Positions 9,733 to 20,001 are shown, counted from the stretch's first letter. The stretch is 64,000 bases of DNA from Longimicrobiales bacterium (GCA_965197725.1 CBDANQ010000058.1:1-64000), one strand, 5' to 3'. Numbers and translations are program-made. The notes: a model not told the origin generated them from the letters alone.

Positions 9733-11282
9733 TCACTCTTCCAGCACCTGGATGTCCAGGTTGCCGATGAGTCGGAGGATCTCGACCTGCTGTGCGAGCC
9801 CGCCGGTCACGAAGCGAATGTGCGATGCGTCCGCGGGGTACTGCCCGAACGTGGGATCGACCGCGACCCACTCGTCGAGCCAGACCTCAGGCCACGCATG
9901 GTACACGCATGGTAGAAGAACGAGCCGTTGAGGTAGACGAGCCCGACCGCGGTCCTGGCTGGAAGCCCGAGCGCACGCGCGAGCGCTACATACAGGACCG
10001 TGTGCTCGTTGCAATCCCCCTGCCTGGTCTCGAGAACCTGAACCGCGTTCGGTATGGAGAACGTGATGCTCTTTTCGAGCATGCCGTAGACGGACCGGGT
10101 GAGCTCCAAGGCGACCCGCTTCGGGTCCTGCCTCCACTCGCTACGCCGGGCGGTGATTCTCCGTGCGTGCTCCACGATTCGCGGATCGTCGCTCTGGATG
10201 AGGGGCTCGGGCTCGAGCACCTCCCGAAGATCCATGAAGCTGTAGGGTAGCCGGTAGCCCGGGTCGAGAGCGGCCCAATTCGCCCGCCGAACGATGAGTG
10301 TGTCACCGCGAAGCTCCTGGCGCCCCCCGTCCAACTGGAAGCCGGACAGATCCACCCCGGTGAGTCGGAAGCGCAGCTCCTCGAATGCCTCGACATTCTC
10401 GATATCGACGTTGCTCCGGACCGCGGTGGAGAGGATCACGTCGTCGTCGATCGGCGATAGCGCCGTGAGCCGCGCGTCTTCCTGAGCCTGCCTAGCCAAC
10501 TCGTACTCTGTCTTCTCCATGGAGAACCCGAGTGGGCTAGAAGAACGGAGAATCCGCCCGTCTTCGTCGACCCAACTCTCTACCTGAATCCCTCCGAACA
10601 ACTCTGCGATCTTCCAGGCCGGAATCGAGTCCGTGCGCGCCGGAGACCACCTACCCGCGTCGTCCAGCGCTGCGCTGTCGGTCACGAAGAGCGTGTCGAA
10701 GTCGAGCACACGCACTTCGACGGTGCGGGTGCTCAGAGTTGTCGGATCGAACACCGGAAGCCGGTGCCGGTCACCAACCTCCCAACCCTCCCCCATCGCC
10801 AAGCGAATCGGTACGACATTCGACAAGATCGGCGGGCGGGACAACCGAAAACTCAGGTGCTGTTCGCTTCCCGCGGAAACTATCGTGACGTCGAGCGTCG
10901 TGTCCGGGCTCAGCATCCCCGACGCTGAGAAGCGTCCGACCTCGCTGTCGAGTGAAAAGTCGAACGTCTCCATGACGAGCGAAGGGCTCAGCTTCACTCG
11001 GGTGCGCGCTATGGCCGTGCCGGTCTGGCCCAGCGCGGGCAGCTCGAGGACCATCAGATCTTCGAGTTCGAAACCGTCGGGCAACGTGTCGAGGCGTGAG
11101 CTCGCCTGACCGACCGTACGGGCACCCATCGTCAAAGTGTAAAAATGGATCCCCGCCGCGAGAGAGAGAGCCGCCTCGGCGAGACGTGCGAGCTCCGGCT
11201 GGAAATATTCGCTCCGTACCTGCCAGCCGACCATGGCAAGCCAGACCAGCAGAATCGCACCACTCAGGATCCGTCTACGCAT
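9733..11282 (-). CDS. Membrane-anchored transglutaminase-like protein, frameshifted by an 11-bp tandem duplication
   Basis: N-terminal TM; GDCNEH...YHAWPEVW...VDPT Cys-His-Asp triad is restored if one CACGCATGGTA copy (9893-9914) is removed. Confidence 0.8.
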
Positions 11283-11398
11283 CGGGAGTCCTCCAGGTCA
11301 CCGTACCCATCCCGCCCATTCAAGAAGTCTAATGCGTACTGAAGTGCCCCGCGTTAGGGAACCTCTGCACGAGTAGAGCGTGGCGGGCCCCTTTCCGA

Positions 11399-11920
11399 TC
11401 ACCCTAGCGCGGTGCGCCGGCTCGTCATCTCGGCCACGAGCTGCTCGAACACGTGCTGTTCGTACTCGGAGCCGGTGACGATCCTAACGTCGAGGGGGGG
11501 CTGGCCCTCGTCCAGGTGGAAGAAGAGCATCTCCAGCATCGCCAGCGCATTTTCTTCCGCGTTGAGCTGCCCAATCCCCGTTCCCAGCGGCGGCAACGCC
11601 AGCGACTCCAGTCCCAGATCGGCTGCTCTTCGAAGGCTATTCCTGAGCGCCTTCTGGACGGACGCGGGGGTTTCCGGCTCGTCCGGCGCGGACACCACAG
11701 CGTGGATCACGAAGTCCGCGCTCAGGCCTCCAGCTGGCGTGATGACCGCTCCGCCCAGCGGGATCGCGCCGATCTGCTCGAGCTTGTCGTTCATCGTATC
11801 GCCTGCGCCCTCCGCGACGTCACGACTCGCGGACGTGACGGGCACGAGGTCGGAGCGGATCGGCCTAAGGATGCCCTCGGTTTCCTGCTCGTAGAGCGCG
11901 CCGAGTAGGACTTCGATCAT
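11399..11920 (-). CDS. Macro-domain protein (divergent)
   Basis: GGAVITPAGGLSADFVIHAV and SLALPPLGTGIG motifs. Confidence 0.8.
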   Translation of the reverse strand: MIEVLLGALYEQETEGILRPIRSDLVPVTSASRDVAEGAGDTMNDKLEQIGAIPLGGAVITPAGGLSADFVIHAVVSAPDEPETPASVQKALRNSLRRAADLGLESLALPPLGTGIGQLNAEENALAMLEMLFFHLDEGQPPLDVRIVTGSEYEQHVFEQLVAEMTSRRTALG

Positions 11921-12792
11921 CCCCGCGACAACTCCCGGGCCCGGCGGTACATGAGCGCCGCCTCCTCGCCCATGTGCTTGCGGTCGTAGAGGTGGCCCAG
12001 CGTGTAGAAGGCCTTGGCGTTTTGGGGTTGAAGCACGGTGGCACGTTCCAGCGCTTGCAGCGCCTCATCGAAACGACCCAGGCGGTTGAGCGCCTCGCCT
12101 CGATAGTAGAACGCCGACCCATGCCCATCGTCCTGCTCACAAACCCAACTGAGGTCTGCCTCCGCCATAGCATACACGCCACGGCGGAAGTGGAGAATGC
12201 CCATGCTCGCCCGAACCGAGACGTCCTCGGGGCCGAGTCTTTGCGCGCGACGCAGCAACTCCCCCGCTTCGTCGTAACGGCCCATCGCCCCGAGCACCGA
12301 GCCGTGGTTGTTCAAGACCTCGACGTTCTCGGGTTCGATGAGCTCGGCCGCTTCGAATTGCTCGAGCGCGAGCTCCAGACGGCCTAACTCATCGTACAGT
12401 ACGCCCAGGTTGTTGCGCGCCTTCAGGTTGGCGGGGTTCTGGACCAGGACGTCGCGGTACAACGCGATCGCCTCCTCGATGCGACGGTCTCGCACCAGGT
12501 CCTTCGCTCGGCCGAGCTGCTTTCCCGCCGGGGGGGCCGGGACCGCCATACCCTCCGCGGGCACCATCTCGAAGGAGACGGGCACACGTGCCTCGCCTTC
12601 GTCGGTTGGGACGGCGTCTTCAGTCCGCTCGGGTTTCTGAGCAGCCGCCTCGGAATCATCCTCGGCCGGCTCTTGCCCGGACTCGCCGTCCTCGCCCTCA
12701 TACGGCGCTTGCTCGCCCGAGAGCAGGTACGTCTGTGTGGCCTCGTATTCAGCCCGCGTCTCTTGCTTCTTGGTCCGCCGTTTCTTCGCCAC
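11917..12792 (-). CDS. Tetratricopeptide repeat protein
   Basis: Repeated TPR units (ARNNLGVLY, AFYYRGEAL, AFYTLGHLY) after an acidic disordered N-terminus. Confidence 0.85.
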   Translation of the reverse strand: MAKKRRTKKQETRAEYEATQTYLLSGEQAPYEGEDGESGQEPAEDDSEAAAQKPERTEDAVPTDEGEARVPVSFEMVPAEGMAVPAPPAGKQLGRAKDLVRDRRIEEAIALYRDVLVQNPANLKARNNLGVLYDELGRLELALEQFEAAELIEPENVEVLNNHGSVLGAMGRYDEAGELLRRAQRLGPEDVSVRASMGILHFRRGVYAMAEADLSWVCEQDDGHGSAFYYRGEALNRLGRFDEALQALERATVLQPQNAKAFYTLGHLYDRKHMGEEAALMYRRARELSRG

Positions 12793-12794
12793 CG

Positions 12795-13127
12795 TTACTC
12801 CCCCACCTCGTGGCCGACCCAGGCGAGGTAGGGCGCGTGTCCCCCGGACACCGCGAGCACGAGTACCTCGGGTACAGCGTATGGATGCAGCTCTACTGCG
12901 CGCGCCTCGAGCGCTTGCGCCCGCTGCTCAACAGTCTTCAGAATCACCATCGCCTCGTCGTCCCGCTGAAGCTCGCCATCCCACCAGTACATCGACACGA
13001 TCTTGGGCACGACGCTGGCGCACGCGGCCAACCGCTCGGACACGAGTGTCCGCCCGAGCTTCTCGGCCGTTTCGGCGTCGGGTGCGGTCATGATCACGGT
13101 TACGACGTCGGTGGGCTGTGCAGTCAT
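12795..13127 (-). CDS. cutA: Divalent-cation tolerance protein CutA
   Basis: ERLAAC, SMYWWDG, ILKT and HPYAVPE motifs. Confidence 0.92.
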   Translation of the reverse strand: MTAQPTDVVTVIMTAPDAETAEKLGRTLVSERLAACASVVPKIVSMYWWDGELQRDDEAMVILKTVEQRAQALEARAVELHPYAVPEVLVLAVSGGHAPYLAWVGHEVGE

Positions 13128-13131
13128 TCGA

Positions 13132-14976
13132 TCAGTACGCGGTGGCGTCCGCCGCCTCTTCTGAGTACAGCTCGCCGATCACGGAGTCGAGCCGTTCTTG
13201 AACCACCCTTCTCTTGACCTTCAGGGTGGGCGTAAGGAAGCCGTTTTCGGTAGAGAGCTCCTCTTCCAGAAGCGCAATCTTCTTAGGCCTCTCGAACGAG
13301 GCCAGGTCGGTGAGCATTGCGAACACTTCGCGCTCCATGTGCCCCGTTACCGCGGCCGAGGTCACGAGCTCCGTCCGATCGCTCCACGAAACGCCATTAT
13401 CGCTCGCCCATGCCTCGAGCGCACCAAAGGCTGGCACGACGAGCAGACAACAGTACGGCCGACGGTCGCCGATCATGACGACCTGCTCCACGAACCGGTT
13501 CGTCTTGAGCAAGTTCTCGATCGGCTGTGGGGCCACGTTCTTGCCCCCGGCCGTGACGATGATGTCCTTCTTCCGGTCCGTGATCTTGAGGAAACCGTCC
13601 GGGTCGAGTTCGCCGATGTCGCCGGTCGCGAACCAGCCATCGGCATCGAGGACCTCGTTGGTGGCGTCGGGCTTCCGGTAGTAGCCCTTCATGACCTGGG
13701 GGCCTCGAACGAAGATCTCGCCGTCGTCCCCAATCTTGACCTCGGTACCCGGCACCGTCTTCCCCACCGTGCCGATCCGGCAGGCCTCACGCGAGTTTAC
13801 GTTCGTGACGGGGCTCGTCTCCGTGAGGCCGTACCCCTCGAGAATCGGCATGCCGATCGAGTTGAAAAAGCGGTTCAGAACAGGCGCCAACGGACCGCCA
13901 CCGCTCACGAAGAAGCGCAGGCGACCACCGACCGCAATCTTTACTTTCGAGAAAACCAGCTTGTCGGCGAGGCCGTACTGGAGCGCTAGCAGCCCACCAG
14001 GCTTCCTTCCGGCCAGGCTCAACTCGATGGCACGGTCGGCGACGTCGACGGCCCAGTCGATGAGCTTCTTCTTCAATCCGCGCGCGTCCATCACCCCGTT
14101 GTAGATCTTCTCGTAAATGCGCGGCACTGACACGACCACGGTTGGACGGACGACCCTCATGTCATCCACCAGGGTCTGCATCGAGCGCGGATAAGCCAGG
14201 CGGCACCCGCTCCAAAAGAAGAGGTAGTCCACCATGCGCTGCAGGATGTGCGACAGCGGCAGGAAGCTGATGGTGTTGTCGGCGTCCGAGATGTCGAGCA
14301 TCATACACGCCGCCAATACGTTCGACCCGACGTTGTTGTGCGTCAGCATCACGCCCTTCGGATCCCCAGTCGTGCCGGACGTATAGAGGACGGTCGCGAC
14401 ATCGTGAGGCTGAGCCTCCAATGCGGCCGAGCGAAAGTCCTCGTCCGACCACGCATCCGCGAAGTCCGCGCCGGCCGCCAGGAACGAAGCCCACGACATC
14501 ACCCCGGCCGGCAGATCCGCGATCATGTCGAACACGACGATCAGGATTTCCTGAGGGCACGTCGCCGCCGCCTCTAGGGCCTTCTCCATCTGGTCCTGTG
14601 TGGAGACGAAGACGAGCTTGGCCCCGGAGTCTTCGAGCAGGTACGCGACTTGACGGGCGTTTAGCGTCGCATAGATCGGAACGTCTATCACCCCCGCACA
14701 CAGACAACCGTAGTCGACCAACGCCCACTCGGGGCAGTTTTCTGAAAGGATCGCCGCGCGGTCGCCACGTTCGACCCCCTGTTCAGCCAGTGAGGCGGCC
14801 ACGCCCTTCACGATGCGGCGCGTCTCGCCATAGCCGATCCCGGTCAGCTCGGTCTCCGACGTCAGTCGCTCGAACGCGGTCTTTCCCCCGTACTTGTCGA
14901 CCGCCTCGAAGAAGAGACACGTCAGCGTCGTCTCAGGGACGGGGGTTTCGTTGGCTACGTAGGTGAGGGTCGTCAT
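13132..14976 (-). CDS. Long-chain fatty-acid--CoA ligase
   Basis: YTSGTTGDPKG, GYGLTE, TGDIG and DRKKD motifs. Confidence 0.92.
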   Translation of the reverse strand: MTTLTYVANETPVPETTLTCLFFEAVDKYGGKTAFERLTSETELTGIGYGETRRIVKGVAASLAEQGVERGDRAAILSENCPEWALVDYGCLCAGVIDVPIYATLNARQVAYLLEDSGAKLVFVSTQDQMEKALEAAATCPQEILIVVFDMIADLPAGVMSWASFLAAGADFADAWSDEDFRSAALEAQPHDVATVLYTSGTTGDPKGVMLTHNNVGSNVLAACMMLDISDADNTISFLPLSHILQRMVDYLFFWSGCRLAYPRSMQTLVDDMRVVRPTVVVSVPRIYEKIYNGVMDARGLKKKLIDWAVDVADRAIELSLAGRKPGGLLALQYGLADKLVFSKVKIAVGGRLRFFVSGGGPLAPVLNRFFNSIGMPILEGYGLTETSPVTNVNSREACRIGTVGKTVPGTEVKIGDDGEIFVRGPQVMKGYYRKPDATNEVLDADGWFATGDIGELDPDGFLKITDRKKDIIVTAGGKNVAPQPIENLLKTNRFVEQVVMIGDRRPYCCLLVVPAFGALEAWASDNGVSWSDRTELVTSAAVTGHMEREVFAMLTDLASFERPKKIALLEEELSTENGFLTPTLKVKRRVVQERLDSVIGELYSEEAADATAY

Positions 14977-14996
14977 GCGATGGCTCCCGAGCGGGG

Positions 14997-15416
14997 TCAG
15001 GCCCGCTCGACTCGAATGGAGAAGGCGATATCGGGATGGAGGGAGTGCAGCACGCTGCAGTACTTGTCTCGCGACAAATCGATCGCCCGCTGCAGCCTAG
15101 GCTCGTGCTCGGGTCCAGGCCCCTTCAAGCGATACACCAACTTGATCGCGACGAACTTGCGTGGTTCGCTGTCGGCGCGCTCGCCTATGACTTCGACGTC
15201 GAGCGCCTCGAGCGGTACCCGCGACTTCTGCAGGATCAGGACCACATCGACGCCCATGCACCCGGCGAGGGACAACAGCAGCTGCTGCGTAGGCGACGCA
15301 CCCTCATTGCCATCGCTGTCTATGGTCGTCTCGGGACCGCCATCCGCGCCTCCCCGGAAGACGAGCCCTTCTCCGACCCACCGGAGCTGGACCTTTCGGA
15401 TGTTAGAAGAGCTCAT
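14997..15416 (-). CDS. OsmC family protein
   Basis: SPTQQLLLSLAGCMGVDV and KYCSV two-Cys pattern. Confidence 0.88.
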   Translation of the reverse strand: MSSSNIRKVQLRWVGEGLVFRGGADGGPETTIDSDGNEGASPTQQLLLSLAGCMGVDVVLILQKSRVPLEALDVEVIGERADSEPRKFVAIKLVYRLKGPGPEHEPRLQRAIDLSRDKYCSVLHSLHPDIAFSIRVERA

Positions 15417-15858
15417 CGGGGGGCGGCGCCTCGGCCGATGCCTCATGAGCCTCCCCGCGCAACTGTGCCAGGGTCGATCGCGCGTGGCTGACGTGGTCCT
15501 CCGCGTCCCCATCCTTGGGAGCCTGGGCGAGGAAGGCTTCCAGGTACTTGATCGCGCGCTCGGGGTCCTCGCCCCGAAGCAATAGGAAGGCCAACCCGTA
15601 GTTCGCACCGGCCGCCGCGGGGTCCTTTTCCAGGACGTGCCGATACGTTTTGGCGGCTTCCTCGGTCATACCGATCCGGGTGTAACAGATCGCGATCTGT
15701 TGGAGCACGGTCGCGTCGCCTGGCGCCACCTTCAACGCCAGTCGGAACGAGGTCAAAGCCTCGTGGAACTTGCCGTCCGTGAGAAGCTCAACGCCCTCGT
15801 TGTAATAGTCGACGCGAGGTGCTTCGCCCCCGCCAAAGAGCTTATTCCAGAACGCCAT
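15403..15858 (-). CDS. Tetratricopeptide repeat protein
   Basis: About three TPR units (YYNEGVELL, VLQQIAICY, ANYGLAFLL). Confidence 0.8.
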   Translation of the reverse strand: MAFWNKLFGGGEAPRVDYYNEGVELLTDGKFHEALTSFRLALKVAPGDATVLQQIAICYTRIGMTEEAAKTYRHVLEKDPAAAGANYGLAFLLLRGEDPERAIKYLEAFLAQAPKDGDAEDHVSHARSTLAQLRGEAHEASAEAPPPDELF

Positions 15859-15935
15859 TCAGAAGGCCTGTGATGTAATTGGGGCAGGCCGGAAGGTAGG
15901 AGTTGAATGGGGAGAGGCGCAACGCCGAAAAGCGC

Positions 15936-16565
15936 TCAACTCCGTGCCGCGACAACGGTTTCCTTCTCAGCCACCATCACCTTCAGGCCGGCTCCCTCGA
16001 GCCACGCACAAGTCTCCCCGGTGGCATCCGTCACCACGACCCGGGACATCGGTGCGACGACGCGGGCCGCCTCGTCGATCCAGCGCCTGCCGAGTCGACC
16101 GTCGAGTCCGACGCCTCGCAGGGTCCGGGAGAAGAAGGGCATGCCCGGACGGGAGACGATGCGGCTCCAAGACGGATCCGCCGGCCAGGCGCTCAGGTCC
16201 GCGTCGATGCCCACGATCTGGAGGTCCCCGGTGAGACGGGAGATCACAGCGCCGTAGCCTGCTAGACCCCCGACGAGCGCGACGGTGCCTGGCCCGCGCG
16301 CCACGCCGATGAGCGCAGCGATCCGTTCGGCTTCGGCCTCGTCCTGACTGCCGAATGCACCGGCCAATCCCACCTCCAACCCCCGGCGGGGAGGTGCACG
16401 CAAGTCACCGAAGCCGGCCTGAATCGGGAAGCCGTCTCGGCAGTTCGGACAGCCCAGGACGCCTTCCGTCACCACACGGTCGGCCAACTCGTGTGCGAGC
16501 AGAATCAGCCCGAACTCGGGCCCGCATCGTGGGCATGTCAGGCGGTCGGTGAGGAGGAGATGCAC
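15936..16565 (-). CDS. Trm112-like zinc-ribbon domain fused to a degenerate methyltransferase-like domain
   Basis: LTCPRCG...EGVLGCPNCRDGFPI; C-terminal MPF...EAARVVAP resembles the class I MTase tail. Confidence 0.6.
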   Translation of the reverse strand: MHLLLTDRLTCPRCGPEFGLILLAHELADRVVTEGVLGCPNCRDGFPIQAGFGDLRAPPRRGLEVGLAGAFGSQDEAEAERIAALIGVARGPGTVALVGGLAGYGAVISRLTGDLQIVGIDADLSAWPADPSWSRIVSRPGMPFFSRTLRGVGLDGRLGRRWIDEAARVVAPMSRVVVTDATGETCAWLEGAGLKVMVAEKETVVAARS

Positions 16566-16584
16566 GCTAGCAGCCCTCCTAGAC

Positions 16585-17013
16585 TCAGCCAGAAGGACTC
16601 TGCGGTGGCGGCAGGGGCGCGCTGGCCGGCCCGTACTGTGCCCACTGGGTCGGGGACTCCCAGACGCGGGCGTAGAGTAGGCCCTTCGCCATCGGTTCCG
16701 GAAGCCTCCGGCTCAATTCCTCGAAGAAGTACTTCGCCTGGTTCTCGGCGCTCGTCTCCACGTCCTGGAATTGCGGAAGCTCGTTCAGGTTCTCGTGATC
16801 CAAAGCGTCGGCGATGCCACGTAGCTCCTTCTTCAGGTCGATGAAGTCGAACGCGATACCGGAGTCGTCTAGCTCGGTGGCTTGGAGCGCAGCCTCGACC
16901 ACATACCTGTGCCCGTGCAGCCGACTGCACTTGCCTTCGTAGTTGCGAAGGAAGTGGGCGGCGTCGTAGTGCGCCTGGGCGCTGACGGTATACGCGAACT
17001 CTTCGGTCATCAC
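16585..17013 (-). CDS. queD: 6-carboxytetrahydropterin synthase (PTPS-I/QueD)
   Basis: AAHFL, C-x3-HGH (CSRLHGH), LDH, TSAEN and WESP motifs. Confidence 0.88.
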   Translation of the reverse strand: MMTEEFAYTVSAQAHYDAAHFLRNYEGKCSRLHGHRYVVEAALQATELDDSGIAFDFIDLKKELRGIADALDHENLNELPQFQDVETSAENQAKYFFEELSRRLPEPMAKGLLYARVWESPTQWAQYGPASAPLPPPQSPSG

Positions 17014-17621
17014 AACGGCTGATGCGCGCTGGTCGTCAGTCGCAGGAATTCGTCTCTCGTCCTCGGGTCATCCAGGAAGGATCCGCGCATGGCCGAAGTA
17101 ATCGTCTTGGAGTTTTGTTTCTGGACACCGCGCATCATCATGCACAGGTGATACGCCTCGACGACGACCGCGACCCCCTGCGGTTTCGCGGCGTCCCAGA
17201 CGGCCTCAGCGACCTGCTCGGTGAGCCGTTCCTGGACCTGGAATCGGCGCGCGTACATTTCCACGAGCCGCGCCAGTTTCGAAATGCCAAGAATTCTCCC
17301 GTCGGGAATGTAGGCGACGTGAGCCTTGCCGAAGAACGGAAGCATATGATGCTCGCACAGCGAATAGACCTCGATGTCCTTCACCAACACCATATTGCGA
17401 TGGCACTCCTCGAAGAGCGCATCCCCGATAATATCTTCGGGCGTCTGCAAGTATCCCCTGGTCAGGAACGACAGGGACTTCGCCACGCGAGTCGGCGTTT
17501 TGAGCATGCCCTCGCGTTGGGGGTCGTCACCCAGTCGGCGAATCATCTCGGCCACGAGATCCTCGAAGGAGGCTCTCGACAAGTCGACGCTGCTCAACGG
17601 TTCCACGATCGTGTCGCTCAT
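17010..17621 (-). CDS. folE: GTP cyclohydrolase I
   Basis: [22 protein letters not shown] and HLCMMMRGV motifs. Confidence 0.96.
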   Translation of the reverse strand: MSDTIVEPLSSVDLSRASFEDLVAEMIRRLGDDPQREGMLKTPTRVAKSLSFLTRGYLQTPEDIIGDALFEECHRNMVLVKDIEVYSLCEHHMLPFFGKAHVAYIPDGRILGISKLARLVEMYARRFQVQERLTEQVAEAVWDAAKPQGVAVVVEAYHLCMMMRGVQKQNSKTITSAMRGSFLDDPRTRDEFLRLTTSAHQPL

Positions 17622-17902
17622 GGTCCGGCCTTCTCCTCGTGCCCGGAGTACTCCGCGGAGTTCCGCGGTGTTTCGTGAATGACCACCTTGGCGAGCCTCA
17701 CGCCTTCGGGCACGGCGTGGACGATGCGATCCCAGATGACTACGGTGGCCGAAATCTCAGTGTCGACGCGTCCTTCGACGGTGACCTCCAGCTCGTCGTT
17801 GTGCCCGTGCCAGCTCGTCCTCGCGTCCGCTGATGCCGAAGGAGCGAGAGGGCCGACGCCTGGGCCGCTCGGGAGCGGTTGGACGCCGGCCCTCTCGTGC
17901 AC
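17618..17902 (-). pseudogene. Degenerate second PTPS/QueD paralog
   Basis: WHGHNDELEVTVEG and HETPRN are retained; the N-terminus and the central LDH/SEN segment are absent. Confidence 0.65.
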
Positions 17903-18170
17903 ATCGGAGGGCTAGGATTGAAGCCCGGGATAAACTTCTGGTGACCTCCTCGGGTACTTCGCTTTCCCCTCTTCCGGGGCCTAGCGGCCGACTCGAGAGT
18001 CAGTCCCGGCTTCGGTGTGTTGGCTCAATTCATAGGCCCCCCGATGCGCAACCGAAATATAGAGAGCGCTGGAGCACAGGACCAGCGCCGCTTGCGGCGC
18101 GCCCGCGGCGAGCGCCGTCGGGCAGCCCTCCAGAGTAGACAATGTTGAGAAGGACGGGTCGTGGATTTCA

Positions 18171-18200
18171 TTGACATACGCGGGGGCCCGTGCTTAGCCT
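18171..18200 (+). promoter_or_regulatory. Sigma70-type promoter of the metal-uptake locus
   Basis: Perfect TTGACA (18171-18176), 18-nt spacer, TAGCCT (18195-18200). Confidence 0.55.
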
Positions 18201-18209
18201 GAAGGTCCT

Positions 18210-18542
18210 ATGGAAGCGAGAGGCAAGGTGATCCGGAAGACCGTCTCGGTCTGGCTCTCGACGCTGCTGCTCACACTCAGCGTCGCCGTTCCAGCGCTCG
18301 AACGCGCCGAATTTGCGCACGAGCCTGCGATCGAGAGCGAGCACGATCCGGCCCACTGCCCACCTGCGCACGACCACACGGTGTGTACTCAGGTCGGAGC
18401 CAACCTCTCTCTCACCGCCGCACCCACGCTGGTCGACCATACTCAAGAGGTCTTCAGTGTGCGCGCGCCCATAGAAGCGCCGGCTTCGGTCCACTCCGTT
18501 TTTGCATACGGACATCCCTCGCGCGCTCCCCCCTTGGCCTGA
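18210..18542 (+). CDS. His/Cys-rich leader protein with C-terminal RAPP motif (DUF2946/CruR-like uORF)
   Basis: Signal/TM-like N-terminus, EHDPAHCPPAHDHTVC cluster, ends GHPSRAPPLA*; alternative start GTG 18228. Confidence 0.72.
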   Translation: MEARGKVIRKTVSVWLSTLLLTLSVAVPALERAEFAHEPAIESEHDPAHCPPAHDHTVCTQVGANLSLTAAPTLVDHTQEVFSVRAPIEAPASVHSVFAYGHPSRAPPLA

Positions 18543-18633
18543 CGAGCCGCACCCGGCCGCACCGCGGCCGTCCGTACACGACCGACCAGTCTCGTCCTCG
18601 TCAGTATCCAGGGATACGGAGAGCACTACAATC

Positions 18634-20001
18634 GTGAACAGCCGTTGGAAGGGAGCCCGCCACGTGTTGTGGGGCGTACTCCTGACGATCGCCCACACAC
18701 TCGCGCAACCGGAACCCGCGGTCGCGCAGGAAGCGACCGACTCGTTGAGGTTGGAGCTCGCGCGCCTGGCTGCGTTGGTGGACAGCCTCGGCAGGGAAGT
18801 CGCCCGCTTTCGCGACACAGGAGCGGACACGCAGGCAGACGACGCGCTGGCGCGGCTTCGCGCGTCGGCGCAGGCGGCAGCCTCCGCAGGCAGGTCGCCC
18901 GCACCGGAGGAGGCCGACACACAGGACTTCGTCGGCCGACAGCGCTCATTGCAGGCCCTGAACCCCGAGATCAGCGTCAACGCCGACCTGTTCGGTCATG
19001 TGAACAAGGACGACACGGACCAGGACAACTTCTTCGCTCGGGAGTTCGAGATATCGATCATCTCGAACCTCGACCCTTTTTCTCGAGCCAAAATCTTTCT
19101 CTCCCGACATGGCGAGGGCGGGGAGTTCTCCCCGTTTGCAGGGGAGAGTCACGGGGGCGCGCACGGCGCCGAAGAGGGTGGTGGTGGCTTCGCGGTCGAA
19201 GAAGGGTACGTCGAGTGGGTGAGCCTTCCCGGAGGCATCGGACTCAAGTTGGGGAAGTTCTTCCAGCAGTTCGGCCAGCTGAACCGCTGGCACGCGCACG
19301 CGCTTCCCTTCCAGACCCGCTCTCTACCGCACCTCGCGTTCATCGGTGAGGAGTCGCTCGCACAAACAGGTCTTTCGGCACACTGGCTCGCTCCTTTCGG
19401 GCTGGCCGGGGGAACCTACGAAGCCACTGTCGAAGTCACCCGAAGTGAGAACGAGACGCTGTTCGGCGAGTCAGGAGGCCTCTCGCTGCTGAGCCACGTC
19501 AACGCCTTTTGGAGTCTGTCGACGTCGACCGACCTGGACCTCGGGTTCAGCTGGGTGAGCGGGTCGTACGAGCACGAAGCCGTTCTCGCGGACCGGAACC
19601 TGTACGGCGTAGAGATGGCCTTCACATGGCGTCCGCCTGGGCAGTCGCGCTACCGCGGCTTCTCCTTTCGCGGCGGTGTCATGGCTCTGGATGGCCTGGT
19701 GGGACTCGAGCAAGCGTCCGACGAGGACGCTGAACGTGCTCTGGGTCTGTGGGCCTTGGGCGAGTTGCGGCTCTCGCAGAGCTGGCTCGTCGGGGTGCGC
19801 TTCGATCGCACGGAGAGCCCGGAAGATCTGGAGGAGACCGCTTGGCTGTTCTCTCCGACGTTGACGTGGTGGCAGAGCGAGTACGTCCGCATCCGACTCG
19901 AGTACGATCTGCTCGGTCGCAGCCTTGCGGTCGAGCGTGAAGGACACCTGCTCTTCCAGGTGACGTTCGCGATGGGCCCACACAAGCATGAGACCTATTA
20001 G
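18634..20001 (+). CDS. Outer-membrane beta-barrel protein, probable metal-uptake porin
   Basis: Signal peptide, coiled-coil N-terminus, LNPEISV, FGQLNRWHAH, SEYVRIRLEY and His-containing C-terminus GPHKHETY; GGAGAG SD. Confidence 0.72.
   Translation: MNSRWKGARHVLWGVLLTIAHTLAQPEPAVAQEATDSLRLELARLAALVDSLGREVARFRDTGADTQADDALARLRASAQAAASAGRSPAPEEADTQDFVGRQRSLQALNPEISVNADLFGHVNKDDTDQDNFFAREFEISIISNLDPFSRAKIFLSRHGEGGEFSPFAGESHGGAHGAEEGGGGFAVEEGYVEWVSLPGGIGLKLGKFFQQFGQLNRWHAHALPFQTRSLPHLAFIGEESLAQTGLSAHWLAPFGLAGGTYEATVEVTRSENETLFGESGGLSLLSHVNAFWSLSTSTDLDLGFSWVSGSYEHEAVLADRNLYGVEMAFTWRPPGQSRYRGFSFRGGVMALDGLVGLEQASDEDAERALGLWALGELRLSQSWLVGVRFDRTESPEDLEETAWLFSPTLTWWQSEYVRIRLEYDLLGRSLAVEREGHLLFQVTFAMGPHKHETY

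Noticed and set aside
7193..12792. TerB + macro + TPR as an anti-phage island
   Set aside because: Embedded in a housekeeping-like co-oriented run with no effector, nuclease or mobility signature.
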